Below, piece by piece: positions 27,434-37,016 of a DNA stretch of 64,000 nucleotides. The stretch lies in the NCBI GenBank assembly GCA_963675665.1, contig OY776510.1, positions 2,528,001 to 2,592,000 on the forward strand. Direction: 5' to 3'. The DNA is from Spirochaetia bacterium (GTDB taxonomy: Bacteria > Spirochaetota > Spirochaetia > UBA9216). Both the position numbers and the translations under genes were made by a program. Below the pieces are notes generated by a model that worked only from the letters and a program-made list of their open reading frames with translations, was not told where the DNA came from and searched no databases. Numbering within the stretch: position 1 is the stretch's first letter; each line of letters begins with the position of its first letter.

Positions 27434-28657
27434 ATGGCGAAAAAAAAACGCATCGGCAAAATAAATCCTATTTTTGAGGCAATACTCAGAAAGATATTAA
27501 AGCAGCTTTTTAAAAACCTGTTCAGGGTAAGACTGGATCTTCCAAACGAAGTAAATACGCTTAAACCGCCATTTATTCTTTTACCGAATCATCAGGGTTT
27601 CTGGGATCCTTTTCTGGTTGGAGTATACCTCAGGGATCCTGTTTACTATATAACTTCGGATGCCGTGTTCAGATCGAGGTTTCTGGACTTTCTGCTGAAG
27701 TTCCTCGGGGCAATACCGAAAACGAAATCACAGTCGGATCTTGATGCTCTCAAGCATATATTTGATATGAAAGACCAGGGCCGTAATATAGGAATTTTTG
27801 CTGAGGGGCAGCGTAACTGGTCGGGTTCAACACTTCCTCTTATTAAATCAACTTCGAAACTCATCCGGATGCTCAGACTTCCGGTAGTAACAGCAGTGAT
27901 AAAGGGAGGCTTTTTCAGTCATCCCAGGTGGGGCACTTCCATACGGACCGGCGGTCTGCTGATAGAGTACAGGCTGTTGTTCGGCGGACATGAAGTCGGC
28001 AGTATGAAGGTTTCTGAAATCCATGATAAACTGACCGGGGCCCTTTCTTTTGATGAGGTTGAATATCAGAAAAAGCAGAAGATTGAATATAAAGGAAACA
28101 GGTTTGCTGAGAATATCGAGCAGTTTTTATTTACATGTCCGGAATGCGGCTCGATGGACGGTCTTTATTCACATTCAAACAGTTTTAAATGTCTGAACTG
28201 CGGCAAGGAGTGGAAGATTGACAGTTATCAGACTATATCTGCTTCAGACGGAAACACAATGTTTGATAATATTCGTGACTGGGATGAATGGCAGCGAAAA
28301 AAACTTCATGAAAGAATAGATCATTTATTCGGCACCGGGGAAGTTATTTTCGATGACGGCGGACTCCGGATTAATACCGGTTATAAAAGCCGAAGGCTGA
28401 AAAGATTTATAAGCGGCTCCATGAAACTTACTTCGCTGGATCTGTCTATTTGCGACAAACACGGGAAGGAAGTGTTGAAAATTCCAGTCAGGGAAATAAA
28501 CGGAATAAATGTTCAGAACAGGGAAATTCTCGATTTATATTATAACAGCGTGCTGTATGCAGTTCGTGATCCGCGAAGGCGTTTCAGCTCATATAAATGG
28601 TGGAGAGCTGTTGATTATCTTCAGCGCGAAAAACTGGGACTGAATCTGCCGGACTGA
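27434..28657 (+). CDS. PlsC-like lysophospholipid acyltransferase with a C-terminal zinc-ribbon extension
   Basis: NHQGFWD (HX4D), GAIP, IFAEGQR, then CPECG...CLNCG. AGGAG RBS. Confidence 0.85.
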   Translation: MAKKKRIGKINPIFEAILRKILKQLFKNLFRVRLDLPNEVNTLKPPFILLPNHQGFWDPFLVGVYLRDPVYYITSDAVFRSRFLDFLLKFLGAIPKTKSQSDLDALKHIFDMKDQGRNIGIFAEGQRNWSGSTLPLIKSTSKLIRMLRLPVVTAVIKGGFFSHPRWGTSIRTGGLLIEYRLLFGGHEVGSMKVSEIHDKLTGALSFDEVEYQKKQKIEYKGNRFAENIEQFLFTCPECGSMDGLYSHSNSFKCLNCGKEWKIDSYQTISASDGNTMFDNIRDWDEWQRKKLHERIDHLFGTGEVIFDDGGLRINTGYKSRRLKRFISGSMKLTSLDLSICDKHGKEVLKIPVREINGINVQNREILDLYYNSVLYAVRDPRRRFSSYKWWRAVDYLQREKLGLNLPD

Positions 28658-28665
28658 TCGGTTTT

Positions 28666-29628
28666 TTACAGCGGCTGTAATGTTTCGGGATCTATTCCAC
28701 GGCCGGCAAGGTAATATTTCCATGTTCTCGCAAGCTCCCGGTCAAAAAGGGAATAGGAAAAACCAAGCAGCCGGGCAACCGCCGAACCGTTATAAAGCAG
28801 ACTCCGATCAGGCGGAAACGGCAGCGGGATTTGCCTTCTGAAAAGCTCCTCAACTGAGATTTTTTTAACGTCAGGAGTCCGTCCAGTTGCAGTAGCAAGC
28901 GATTCAATGAACCATTCATAATTTATCTGTTCGGGAGCTGCAAGATTAAAACATTTGCCCGCGGTTTCAGCCTGTTCCAGACATTTCAGAATCAGGGTTG
29001 CAGCATCCCACACAGAAACAAAGCTGTAACGGTGCTCCTTGCAGTTGCTTATGCTGTAATCCGGAATGGTGATTTCTTCTCCGGCGATGATTTTATCAAA
29101 GAAATAACTTTCCCGTGGTGCATAATTAAATTTACCGAATATAATTGCCGGCCTGAGTATTGTCCAGTCTGTGGATGTTTCAGCACACCTGCTTACAAGT
29201 TCGCTTTCGGTTTGTCTTTTATTCCATACATAATTGCCGTAATCCATGCCGGGCGGTAATGGCGAGGCAAGAAGCGGCTCTTCTTCGCTGAGGGGCGAAT
29301 CCGGCTCCTGTTCGTTGTAAACGGATGCGGTGCTTATAAAAATATATCTGCCGATCGCAGAATGATTCAGGACTTTCAGCATCAGTCTTATATCGGAAGC
29401 CTGATATGCGCAAAAATCAACGACAGCGTCCCATTCTGCAGGCTTGAGCACGGTTAAAAGGGAAGTCTCATCCTGCCTGTCGCATACTATTTCTTTGACT
29501 GAAGGGTTCCTGAACGGGATTTTTCCGCGGTTTAGAATTGATATCTCCCATTCTGCATTTTTCAGCAGGGTTTCTACAAAAACCCTGCCGAAGAAATAGC
29601 TTCCGCCTATTATAAGTATTTTCTTCAT
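28666..29628 (-). CDS. NAD-dependent epimerase/dehydratase (extended/atypical SDR)
   Basis: ILIIGGSYFFG, NRG, FISTASVY, YVWNK and ILRP. Confidence 0.85.
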   Translation of the reverse strand: MKKILIIGGSYFFGRVFVETLLKNAEWEISILNRGKIPFRNPSVKEIVCDRQDETSLLTVLKPAEWDAVVDFCAYQASDIRLMLKVLNHSAIGRYIFISTASVYNEQEPDSPLSEEEPLLASPLPPGMDYGNYVWNKRQTESELVSRCAETSTDWTILRPAIIFGKFNYAPRESYFFDKIIAGEEITIPDYSISNCKEHRYSFVSVWDAATLILKCLEQAETAGKCFNLAAPEQINYEWFIESLATATGRTPDVKKISVEELFRRQIPLPFPPDRSLLYNGSAVARLLGFSYSLFDRELARTWKYYLAGRGIDPETLQPL

Positions 29629-29740
29629 TTCTCTACTTTACGTTCCAAATGTACGAATAATCAAGGATTTTTTTAAATAGATATCCTGAGTTTATTCATT
29701 TGATGATGAAAACATTTCCTGATTTTTATATGATACAGTT

Positions 29741-30244
29741 ATGAAAAAGCTTGATTTTCTTGATAATGGAATAGCGCAGATTGCGTTTGTTGTTAAAGAT
29801 CTCGACGAGACGGTCAGAAATTACCATGAATATTTCGGAATCGGGCCGTGGCATTTCTATACATATGAAAAACCCCTTGTAAAGGAAATGACAAGGAACG
29901 GCAAACCGACAGACTATCGAATGCGCGTTGCTCTTTCTTATTTCGGTCCGACCAGGATCGAACTGATACAACAGCTTGAAGGCGATACAGTTTATGAGGA
30001 TTTTATCAGAAAGCACGGATTCGGAGTACAGCACCTCGGGGTTCTGGTAGATGACATGGAGGCTGCAATCAGGAAAGCGGAAGATGCCGGCTTTCCGATG
30101 ATTATGGATGGATCAGGTTTTGGTCCTGACGGAGACGGGCACTACGCTTATCTTGATACCGAAGAGCTTTTGGGAACAACTCTGGAACTTATACAAAGGC
30201 CCAAAGGGCGAAAGATTCCCGAGAAAATATATCCTCCGGAATAG
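29741..30244 (+). CDS. VOC/glyoxalase-family protein (methylmalonyl-CoA epimerase-like)
   Basis: QIAFVVKD, GIGPW, IELIQ, GVQHLG, YAYLDT and LELI. Confidence 0.85.
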   Translation: MKKLDFLDNGIAQIAFVVKDLDETVRNYHEYFGIGPWHFYTYEKPLVKEMTRNGKPTDYRMRVALSYFGPTRIELIQQLEGDTVYEDFIRKHGFGVQHLGVLVDDMEAAIRKAEDAGFPMIMDGSGFGPDGDGHYAYLDTEELLGTTLELIQRPKGRKIPEKIYPPE

Positions 30245-30340
30245 AATTTGAGCTTGGGGAAATGATATGCACCTGGTATCGTTCAACCCGGTATCGTTTT
30301 AAAATTGTCAGTACCGGTGATTTTGTGATAGAATTGAGTC

Positions 30341-30550
30341 ATGAAACTTGTTGAATTGAAAGAGTTTAAAACTCGTGCTGAAGCCGAACTTGTTTTTGAT
30401 CTGCTTAAATCAAACGGGTTTAATGCTGTTTTGCAGTCCGATGATCTTGCCGGATTGAATCCAAGTCTGGGCCTTGTCAATGGATACCAGCTAATGGTTA
30501 AAGAAGACCAGGTGTCAGAGATCAAGGCCTTTTTATCAGCTTCCAAATGA
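30341..30550 (+). CDS. DUF2007-like small putative signalling protein
   Basis: EAELVFDLLKSNG and GYQLMVKEDQ pattern. Confidence 0.65.
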   Translation: MKLVELKEFKTRAEAELVFDLLKSNGFNAVLQSDDLAGLNPSLGLVNGYQLMVKEDQVSEIKAFLSASK

Positions 30551-30636
30551 AAAAAATAAATAAAACTGAATAAAAACCACTATACAATTTGCTTTTTAAT
30601 ATTCACATAATTAAACTTCAATATAGGGGGCAGATT

Positions 30637-32625
30637 ATGAAGAATATTAACCTTAAATTGAAGCTTGTTCTCGTTGGTGTAATTGTTCTGCTGATTCCTC
30701 TTGGAGCTCTCGGTATTATCTCTATAGTACAGTCAAGACAGGCTTTAAATGAATTAATGCAGGAGCAGCTTACAAAGAGAACAGAAGAAATCTCGGATTC
30801 AATTTATAATGTGTTAAGCAAAGAAAAAAGTTTTGTTAAAAATCTGACCATTACCCATGAAGCCGAAACGGCTTTCTCGGAAGAGGCTGTTTCCGGTAAC
30901 CTTCAGGATTCCGTACGTTTTGCTGATCTGACAAGAATGTTAACAAAAATCAGCAACACTGAAGGGCTTGGAGAAGTCTACCAGGTATTATTGGTTGCCG
31001 ATGCCGACGGAATAGTAAAAGCGGCATCCTCTCCGGATTTCATTGATGTTGATTTATCAGCCAGGGAGTATCTTCAGAAAGCTTTGCAGGGTAAAACAAA
31101 TATCGGCCAGGCAGCCCTGAACACAGTTACCAATGAACCGTTTATTCCTGTTGCCGCACCGATTTACAATGAATACGGCACAGTCGTTGGTGCTGCAGCA
31201 ACAATTATGCAGCTTGATTTTCTATGGGAGCTTATCAAGGATTCTACCATCGGTGATACCGGTTATGCGTATGTAACCGATGCCAACGGTCTTTTTATAG
31301 CTCACCCCGATTCAACAACCCTGTTTGAAACTGAGCTGAAAAATCTGGTCGGGATGGAGGAAATTTCCCGAAGATTTATGGCCAGGGAATCAGGTTATGA
31401 GGGATATGTCTACAAGGGAGAGGCAAAGACGGCAGGTTTTGCAATTGTTGATGAAGCAAACTGGGGAGTATTTCTTACTCTTCCCGACAGTGAATATCTG
31501 CAGGCGGCCAATGCAATCAGGAATATTCTGATTATTGTGGCTGTTGTATCGTTTGTAATTGCTTTTATTGTATTCTTCTTTTTCGCCACATCTATTACCA
31601 ATCCGATTAAGAAAATTGTAGTTTTCGCGAATGACATATCCGAAGGCCGACTCTATACCAGGGTTGATATCGACCAGAGGGATGAAATAGGACAGCTTGC
31701 CATATCTCTTAAGCAGATGCAGGTGAAGCTTACTGAAGTTGTAGGCGGCGTCATGGTTGCTTCGGAACAGGTGTCCAGCGGCAGCGACCAGCTTGCACAG
31801 AGTTCACAACAGCTTTCGGAAGGCGCAACTGAGCAGGCCGCCAATGCTGAAGAAGTTTCTTCATCGGTTGAACAGATGGGGGCAAATATTGAGCAGAATA
31901 CCGACAATGCTGCAAAAACTGAAGAAATGGCCTCGCAGGCTGCTGTTGATATTGAAAACGGCGGTGCTGCCGTAATGGATGCGGTAGCGGCAATGAACGA
32001 GATAGCCCGGAAAATCGGCGTAATTGAAGAAATAGCGCGAAATACTAATCTTCTATCCCTTAATGCCGCGATTGAAGCCGCCCGCGCCGGCGAGCACGGA
32101 AAAGGCTTTGCCGTTGTAGCTGCAGAGGTTGGTAAACTGGCGGCTACAAGCCAGAAGGCCGCTCTCGAAATTCAGGAGTTGGCAAAGACAAGTGTTAATA
32201 AAGCCAATGCAGCAGGCGAACAGATTCAGAAGGTTGTTCCTGATATCAGAAAAACCGCTGAACTGGTTTCGGAAATAAGCGCTTCAAGTCTTGAACAGAA
32301 CAGCGGAGCGGCGCAGATTAGTGAAGCAATGATGCAGCTGGATCAGGTTATTCAGCAGAATGCAGCTTCTTCCGAGGAAGTTTCATCCATGTCTGAAGAA
32401 CTGACATCACAGGCCCAGCAGCTGCTTGATATGGTCAGGTTCTTTAAAATTAATGCTGACGGCAGCGATTATGTCGCGCCGAAAGCAACCGGACAGAAAA
32501 AAATTGCGTATAAACAATCTGCACAGCCGAAAAAAGTTTCCGTTAAATCCTCAACTGAGAAAGCAGGGGAAAAGAAGCCGAAAGAAGCTTCAGAAGAGAT
32601 CGATTCGGATTTTATTGAATTTTAA
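30637..32625 (+). CDS. Methyl-accepting chemotaxis protein with dCache sensor
   Basis: TM1, Cache motifs ([17 protein letters not shown]), TM2, HAMP (DEIGQLA), and [26 protein letters not shown]. Confidence 0.95.
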   Translation: MKNINLKLKLVLVGVIVLLIPLGALGIISIVQSRQALNELMQEQLTKRTEEISDSIYNVLSKEKSFVKNLTITHEAETAFSEEAVSGNLQDSVRFADLTRMLTKISNTEGLGEVYQVLLVADADGIVKAASSPDFIDVDLSAREYLQKALQGKTNIGQAALNTVTNEPFIPVAAPIYNEYGTVVGAAATIMQLDFLWELIKDSTIGDTGYAYVTDANGLFIAHPDSTTLFETELKNLVGMEEISRRFMARESGYEGYVYKGEAKTAGFAIVDEANWGVFLTLPDSEYLQAANAIRNILIIVAVVSFVIAFIVFFFFATSITNPIKKIVVFANDISEGRLYTRVDIDQRDEIGQLAISLKQMQVKLTEVVGGVMVASEQVSSGSDQLAQSSQQLSEGATEQAANAEEVSSSVEQMGANIEQNTDNAAKTEEMASQAAVDIENGGAAVMDAVAAMNEIARKIGVIEEIARNTNLLSLNAAIEAARAGEHGKGFAVVAAEVGKLAATSQKAALEIQELAKTSVNKANAAGEQIQKVVPDIRKTAELVSEISASSLEQNSGAAQISEAMMQLDQVIQQNAASSEEVSSMSEELTSQAQQLLDMVRFFKINADGSDYVAPKATGQKKIAYKQSAQPKKVSVKSSTEKAGEKKPKEASEEIDSDFIEF

Positions 32626-32645
32626 TTGAAGTATTTGATGAGTTT

Positions 32646-32679
32646 AAAGCCGGATGAAATAAATAATCCGGCTTTTTTT
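32646..32679 (+). terminator. Rho-independent terminator
   Basis: AAAGCCGGAT...ATCCGGCTTT followed by a T run. Confidence 0.85.
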
Positions 32680-32789
32680 ATAAAAAAGGTCAGATTTATT
32701 TGCATCGCAATCTCAAATTCCTATAATTAATATATTAAGAGTAATTATTGAATCGTAAATTTGAAAACTAATTAAAAACGGAGTTATTT

Positions 32790-34856
32790 ATGAAGAATTG
32801 GAAAATGGCTTTAAAAATGCTGTTCGGATTCGGCATTGTTATTATCCTGCTTGTTTTGACGGCATTTGTTTCAATCCTGGGAATCGAAGGGATTATCGGA
32901 AATGCAAAAACTGTAATTGCCGGGAACAAGCTTGACGGTTTGCTTGCTCAGCGGGAAGTTGAGCATCTTAACTGGGCGGGTGAAGTAAATGCGCTTCTTA
33001 CCGATGATACTGTTACCGAATTGAATGTTCAGCTTGATGATCATCAGTGTGCATTCGGTAAATGGCTGTATGGAGACGGGAGAACCGAAGCTGAAACATT
33101 AGTGCCCAGTCTTGCGCCGCTGCTGAAGGCTATAGAAGGACCACATCTGCGTTTGCATGAATCGGCTACCCAGATTAAGGACGAATTCGTACAGGCTGAT
33201 CTGAATATTACATCAGTATTACAGCAGCGTGAGATTGAACATCTCAGATGGGCAGCATCAATCAGGGATGCCCTGCTTAGAGGAGACAGAACTTTGCAGG
33301 TTGAAACTGATCCTGAAAAATGCGGGTTGGGAATATGGCTGGAAAGCGATGCCGCCGGGGAAATGTACAGCAAGGGAACAGCCGAATTCAGGGCAATCTG
33401 GGATGATATGCTTGTTCAGCATGAAAAGCTTCATACCTCTGCTATTGATCTCGGGCAATTGATGGCTTCAGATCATGATGAAGCATTAAAATATTTTAAT
33501 AATACAATTTTGGTTTACCTTGAGACAACACTTTCGGAACTCAGGAAGCTGCAGGCGTATGCAGAGGAAGATGTCCAAAGATTGTGCACGGCAAACGAGA
33601 TATATGCCCGGGAAACGCGGCCGGCGCTGCAGGAAGTTCAGTCGGCATTAAACGAGATCCGTACCGAGATGAAACGCAACATTATGACTGATGACGAAAT
33701 GGTCAACGCTGCTGTTTCTACCAGAACACTTGTAACAATCATCAGTTTAATTGCAGTTTTGGCTGGAATTATTTTCGCGCTGATAATTTCACGGGGAATA
33801 ACCGTACCGTTAAAAAAGGGCATGCAGTTTGCCGAAACTCTTTCAACCGGAGATCTGACTGCCGAGATTGATTTACATCAGAAGGACGAATTCGGGCAGC
33901 TTGCAGATTCATTGCGTGAAATGAAAGATAGTCTTTATAATATTGTCACAGATGTTCTTTCCGGGGCAAACAATGTTTCCGCCGGTAGTCTGCAGCTCAG
34001 TTCAGCCTCACAACAGCTTTCACAGGGCGCAACCGAGCAGGCGGCTTCTACCGAAGAGGTTTCCTCTTCAATGGAAGAGATGGATTCAAGCATTAGCCAG
34101 AATGCTGATAATGCTGTACAGACCGAGGTGATAGCCCGTGACGCGGCAACTGTTGTTCAGGAAGGCAGTGAATCGGTAAACCGGACGGTGACGGCAATGA
34201 GAGAAATAGCCGAGAAAATTTCTGTGGTTGAAGAGATTTCACGGCAGACAAATCTTTTAAGTCTTAACGCTGCTATTGAAGCGGCAAGGGCCGGAGAGCA
34301 CGGTAAGGGATTTGCTGTTGTTGCGGCAGAAGTCGGCAAGCTTGCGTCACAAAGTAAAACAGCCGCCGCCGAGATATCCAGGCTTGCAGTTTCAAGCGTG
34401 GAACTTGCCGACAGGACCGGTGAGCTGATGGATTCGATTGTACCCAAAATTCGGAAGACCGCTGAGCTTGTCGCCGAAATAAGCGCTTCAAGTACCGAGC
34501 AGAAATCAGGCGCTTTTCAGATTACCCAGGCAATAACTCAACTGGATACCGTTGTTCAGCAGAATGCTTCAGCCTCTGAGGAGTCTGCATCAATGGCTGA
34601 AGAATTATCCGCCCAGGCGGAAAGACTTCAGCAGTTAATGAAATTTTTTAAAATCAAAAAACAATCGGATGAGGGAATTAAAAGCGTCAAATTAAAGAAC
34701 CCCGACGGCAGCAGAAAACAAACGCACTTTCCCGTGAATTCCCGGTTGATCCGCGGAACCGGTAAAAACCCGGATGAAGGGCAGGCGGTATCAGATTTTA
34801 AACTTGCTTCAGGAAGTGATATTGATCCGGTTGACTCGGGTTTTACAGAATTTTAG
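32790..34856 (+). CDS. Methyl-accepting chemotaxis protein with two CZB zinc-binding domains between the TM helices
   Basis: HLNW...CAFGKWL...HLRLH and HLRW...CGLGIWL...HEKLH, then TM2, HAMP and the MCP signalling hairpin. Confidence 0.92.
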   Translation: MKNWKMALKMLFGFGIVIILLVLTAFVSILGIEGIIGNAKTVIAGNKLDGLLAQREVEHLNWAGEVNALLTDDTVTELNVQLDDHQCAFGKWLYGDGRTEAETLVPSLAPLLKAIEGPHLRLHESATQIKDEFVQADLNITSVLQQREIEHLRWAASIRDALLRGDRTLQVETDPEKCGLGIWLESDAAGEMYSKGTAEFRAIWDDMLVQHEKLHTSAIDLGQLMASDHDEALKYFNNTILVYLETTLSELRKLQAYAEEDVQRLCTANEIYARETRPALQEVQSALNEIRTEMKRNIMTDDEMVNAAVSTRTLVTIISLIAVLAGIIFALIISRGITVPLKKGMQFAETLSTGDLTAEIDLHQKDEFGQLADSLREMKDSLYNIVTDVLSGANNVSAGSLQLSSASQQLSQGATEQAASTEEVSSSMEEMDSSISQNADNAVQTEVIARDAATVVQEGSESVNRTVTAMREIAEKISVVEEISRQTNLLSLNAAIEAARAGEHGKGFAVVAAEVGKLASQSKTAAAEISRLAVSSVELADRTGELMDSIVPKIRKTAELVAEISASSTEQKSGAFQITQAITQLDTVVQQNASASEESASMAEELSAQAERLQQLMKFFKIKKQSDEGIKSVKLKNPDGSRKQTHFPVNSRLIRGTGKNPDEGQAVSDFKLASGSDIDPVDSGFTEF

Positions 34857-34980
34857 CAGCTTCTGCAGGGGCTGTTACTGGCTGTGGAAATATTTTAAAA
34901 CAAACTTTGATATTATAGTATTTGATGTATGCAAACCTGATGTCTGCAGGTGGATAACAATTTTATTTTTACGCTGTATT

Positions 34981-35015
34981 TTGACATTCAATATCCAATA
35001 ACATAGAATTATAGT
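34981..35015 (+). promoter_or_regulatory. Sigma70 promoter, probably giving a leaderless mRNA
   Basis: TTGACA, 17 nt, TAGAAT, 6 nt, ATG. No Shine-Dalgarno. Confidence 0.75.
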
Positions 35016-35399
35016 ATGAAAATAATGATTGTTGATGATTCCCGGGCCGCCCGGATGCTGATTAAATCCATACTGACGGAATACAATCAAAATATTGAAC
35101 TGGTTGAAGGTGCCGATGGACAGGAAGCGATCGATCAATATATAAAGCATAGGCCGGACATAACATTTCTTGATTTGACCATGCCGGTGATGGATGGGTA
35201 CGAGGCTCTCAAAATGATAATTGCCGAGGATCCGGAGGCTGTCGTTATTGTTCTTACTGCTGATATACAGGAAAAGTCTGTTCAGAAATGTATGGATATC
35301 GGAGCAACCATGGTAATGAAAAAATTACCCCGGAAAGAAATTGTATTTGAGGTTCTGGATAAGCTTGTGTCAAAGCTTGAGGGGTCTCTTGATGGATAA
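35016..35399 (+). CDS. Single-domain CheY-like response regulator
   Basis: IMIVDDS, FLDLTMPVMDG, VLTA and KK.P. Confidence 0.92.
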   Translation: MKIMIVDDSRAARMLIKSILTEYNQNIELVEGADGQEAIDQYIKHRPDITFLDLTMPVMDGYEALKMIIAEDPEAVVIVLTADIQEKSVQKCMDIGATMVMKKLPRKEIVFEVLDKLVSKLEGSLDG

Positions 35400-36027
35400 A
35401 AACCAACTTTCTTTTTCTGAAATGGAACTGGATGCGCTGGGAGAGCTGCTGAATATATCTTTTGGTTCAGCAGTTGCTGATCTCGCCGGAATTTTTGATA
35501 TATTTATAAATTTAAATGTGCCTTTTGTTAAAATTATCAGAAGATACGAAATATTCGACTATATATCAAACGAGATTCCCAATTGTATCGACTGCAGCAT
35601 AGTAGAGCAGAAATATCATGGCAACTGGGGAGGTACTGCACTGCTTGTCTTTCCCTATGGAATCGAGAAGAAACTCATTTCATATTTTGAACAGCCTTCC
35701 GAGAGTAGTTATAGTTCGGATGGTGTTGCTGAACTTGAAAAAGAAGTTTTAATGGAAATAGGAAATATTCTTATAGGGGCCTGCCTAAGCAAGATTTTTG
35801 AGCTTCTTGATACGAGGGTAATTTATTTCCCTCCCACAGCATCCGTCGGAGGATGGTCAAAAGAGATGCTGCTCGGAAGCGATTCTGCAGATGATTTCTG
35901 TATTACGTTAGAGACAAAATTCAGCTTTGAAGATCGGAATGTTGAAGGACATCTCTTTCTGATTATCGACAAGGAGTCTGTTCCCAGGCTGAAAAAAGCC
36001 CTCAGGCCTTTTACCGGAGCAGAATGA
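35392..36027 (+). CDS. CheC-family phosphatase
   Basis: Two ExxN motifs: DALGELLNI and EVLMEIGNI. Confidence 0.85.
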   Translation: MDKNQLSFSEMELDALGELLNISFGSAVADLAGIFDIFINLNVPFVKIIRRYEIFDYISNEIPNCIDCSIVEQKYHGNWGGTALLVFPYGIEKKLISYFEQPSESSYSSDGVAELEKEVLMEIGNILIGACLSKIFELLDTRVIYFPPTASVGGWSKEMLLGSDSADDFCITLETKFSFEDRNVEGHLFLIIDKESVPRLKKALRPFTGAE

Positions 36028-36941
36028 TGTACCGCCAAATCCTGGATGCTATCAATCAGGGAATAGTAATTCTCGGCAGTGAATACACGGTTATTTACTG
36101 GAACCGGTGGATGGACGTTCACAGCGGAATTCATAAAGAGCAGATAATCGGAACATGCATTTTCGAGCAATATCCGGATTTGAACAATCCCAATTTTATC
36201 AGAAACTGCAAATCTGTTCTTAATTTCGGGAATTATATTTTTTATTCGCAAAAGCTGCATAATTATATGTTTCCATTTAAAACAATTGGAACTTATGCGT
36301 CAAAGCACGAAATGATGCAGCAAAGCTGTGTTATGGCGCCGCTTCGGGCAGAGGACAGTTCCATAAAAGAGATAGTAATAACAGTCCAGGATGTCACGGA
36401 AAGTGTTTATCTGGAAAATGAACTGAAAACGATGATCCAGTACGACAGTCTTACCGGCATACATAACCGCAGATATTTTGATGAGAGGCTGGTTGAGGAA
36501 TTCAACCGGACTATTCGAAACAAACTGGACCTGGCGCTTATTATTTTTGATATTGATAATTTCAAGAAACTGAATGACAATTATAGTCACCAGTATGGTG
36601 ATGCCGTGCTGCAAAAGATTGCCCAGGTCTGCAAAAAAGTTATCCGCGGCTGCGATATCTTTGCACGTTACGGCGGTGAGGAGTTCTGTGTTATTCTTCC
36701 GGATTCGAATATCAAAGGAGCAGGTGTTTTTGCGGAGAGGCTGCGACTGGCTGTTGAGAATATGGAGATTGATTATCAAAACAGGGAAGAAAAGGTATAT
36801 GAAACTGTGACCATCAGTCTCGGAGTTTCTGCAATCGATTTAAATATATCAACTGAAGCGCAACTTTTAAAATGCGCTGACGAAGCTTTGTACAATTCAA
36901 AACATACAGGCAGGAATTGTGTTTCATTTTATGAGAATTAA
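36024..36941 (+). CDS. PAS-GGDEF diguanylate cyclase
   Basis: N-terminal PAS, DSLTGIHNRR, DIDNFKKLND, I-site RGCD and active site RYGGEEF. Confidence 0.93.
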   Translation: MMYRQILDAINQGIVILGSEYTVIYWNRWMDVHSGIHKEQIIGTCIFEQYPDLNNPNFIRNCKSVLNFGNYIFYSQKLHNYMFPFKTIGTYASKHEMMQQSCVMAPLRAEDSSIKEIVITVQDVTESVYLENELKTMIQYDSLTGIHNRRYFDERLVEEFNRTIRNKLDLALIIFDIDNFKKLNDNYSHQYGDAVLQKIAQVCKKVIRGCDIFARYGGEEFCVILPDSNIKGAGVFAERLRLAVENMEIDYQNREEKVYETVTISLGVSAIDLNISTEAQLLKCADEALYNSKHTGRNCVSFYEN

Positions 36942-37016
36942 ACAGATCTCTACGTAAATATTATCAATTTATACCGTTGCTTTAACCTGATAACCATAAT
37001 ATCATATAAAATAGAT

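Noticed and set aside
34857-34980. Possible c-di-GMP riboswitch before the CheY-CheC-DGC operon (GCAAACC)
   Set aside because: It lacks the GNRA-capped P2 and the GCAAAG/P3 elements, and lies upstream of the predicted promoter.
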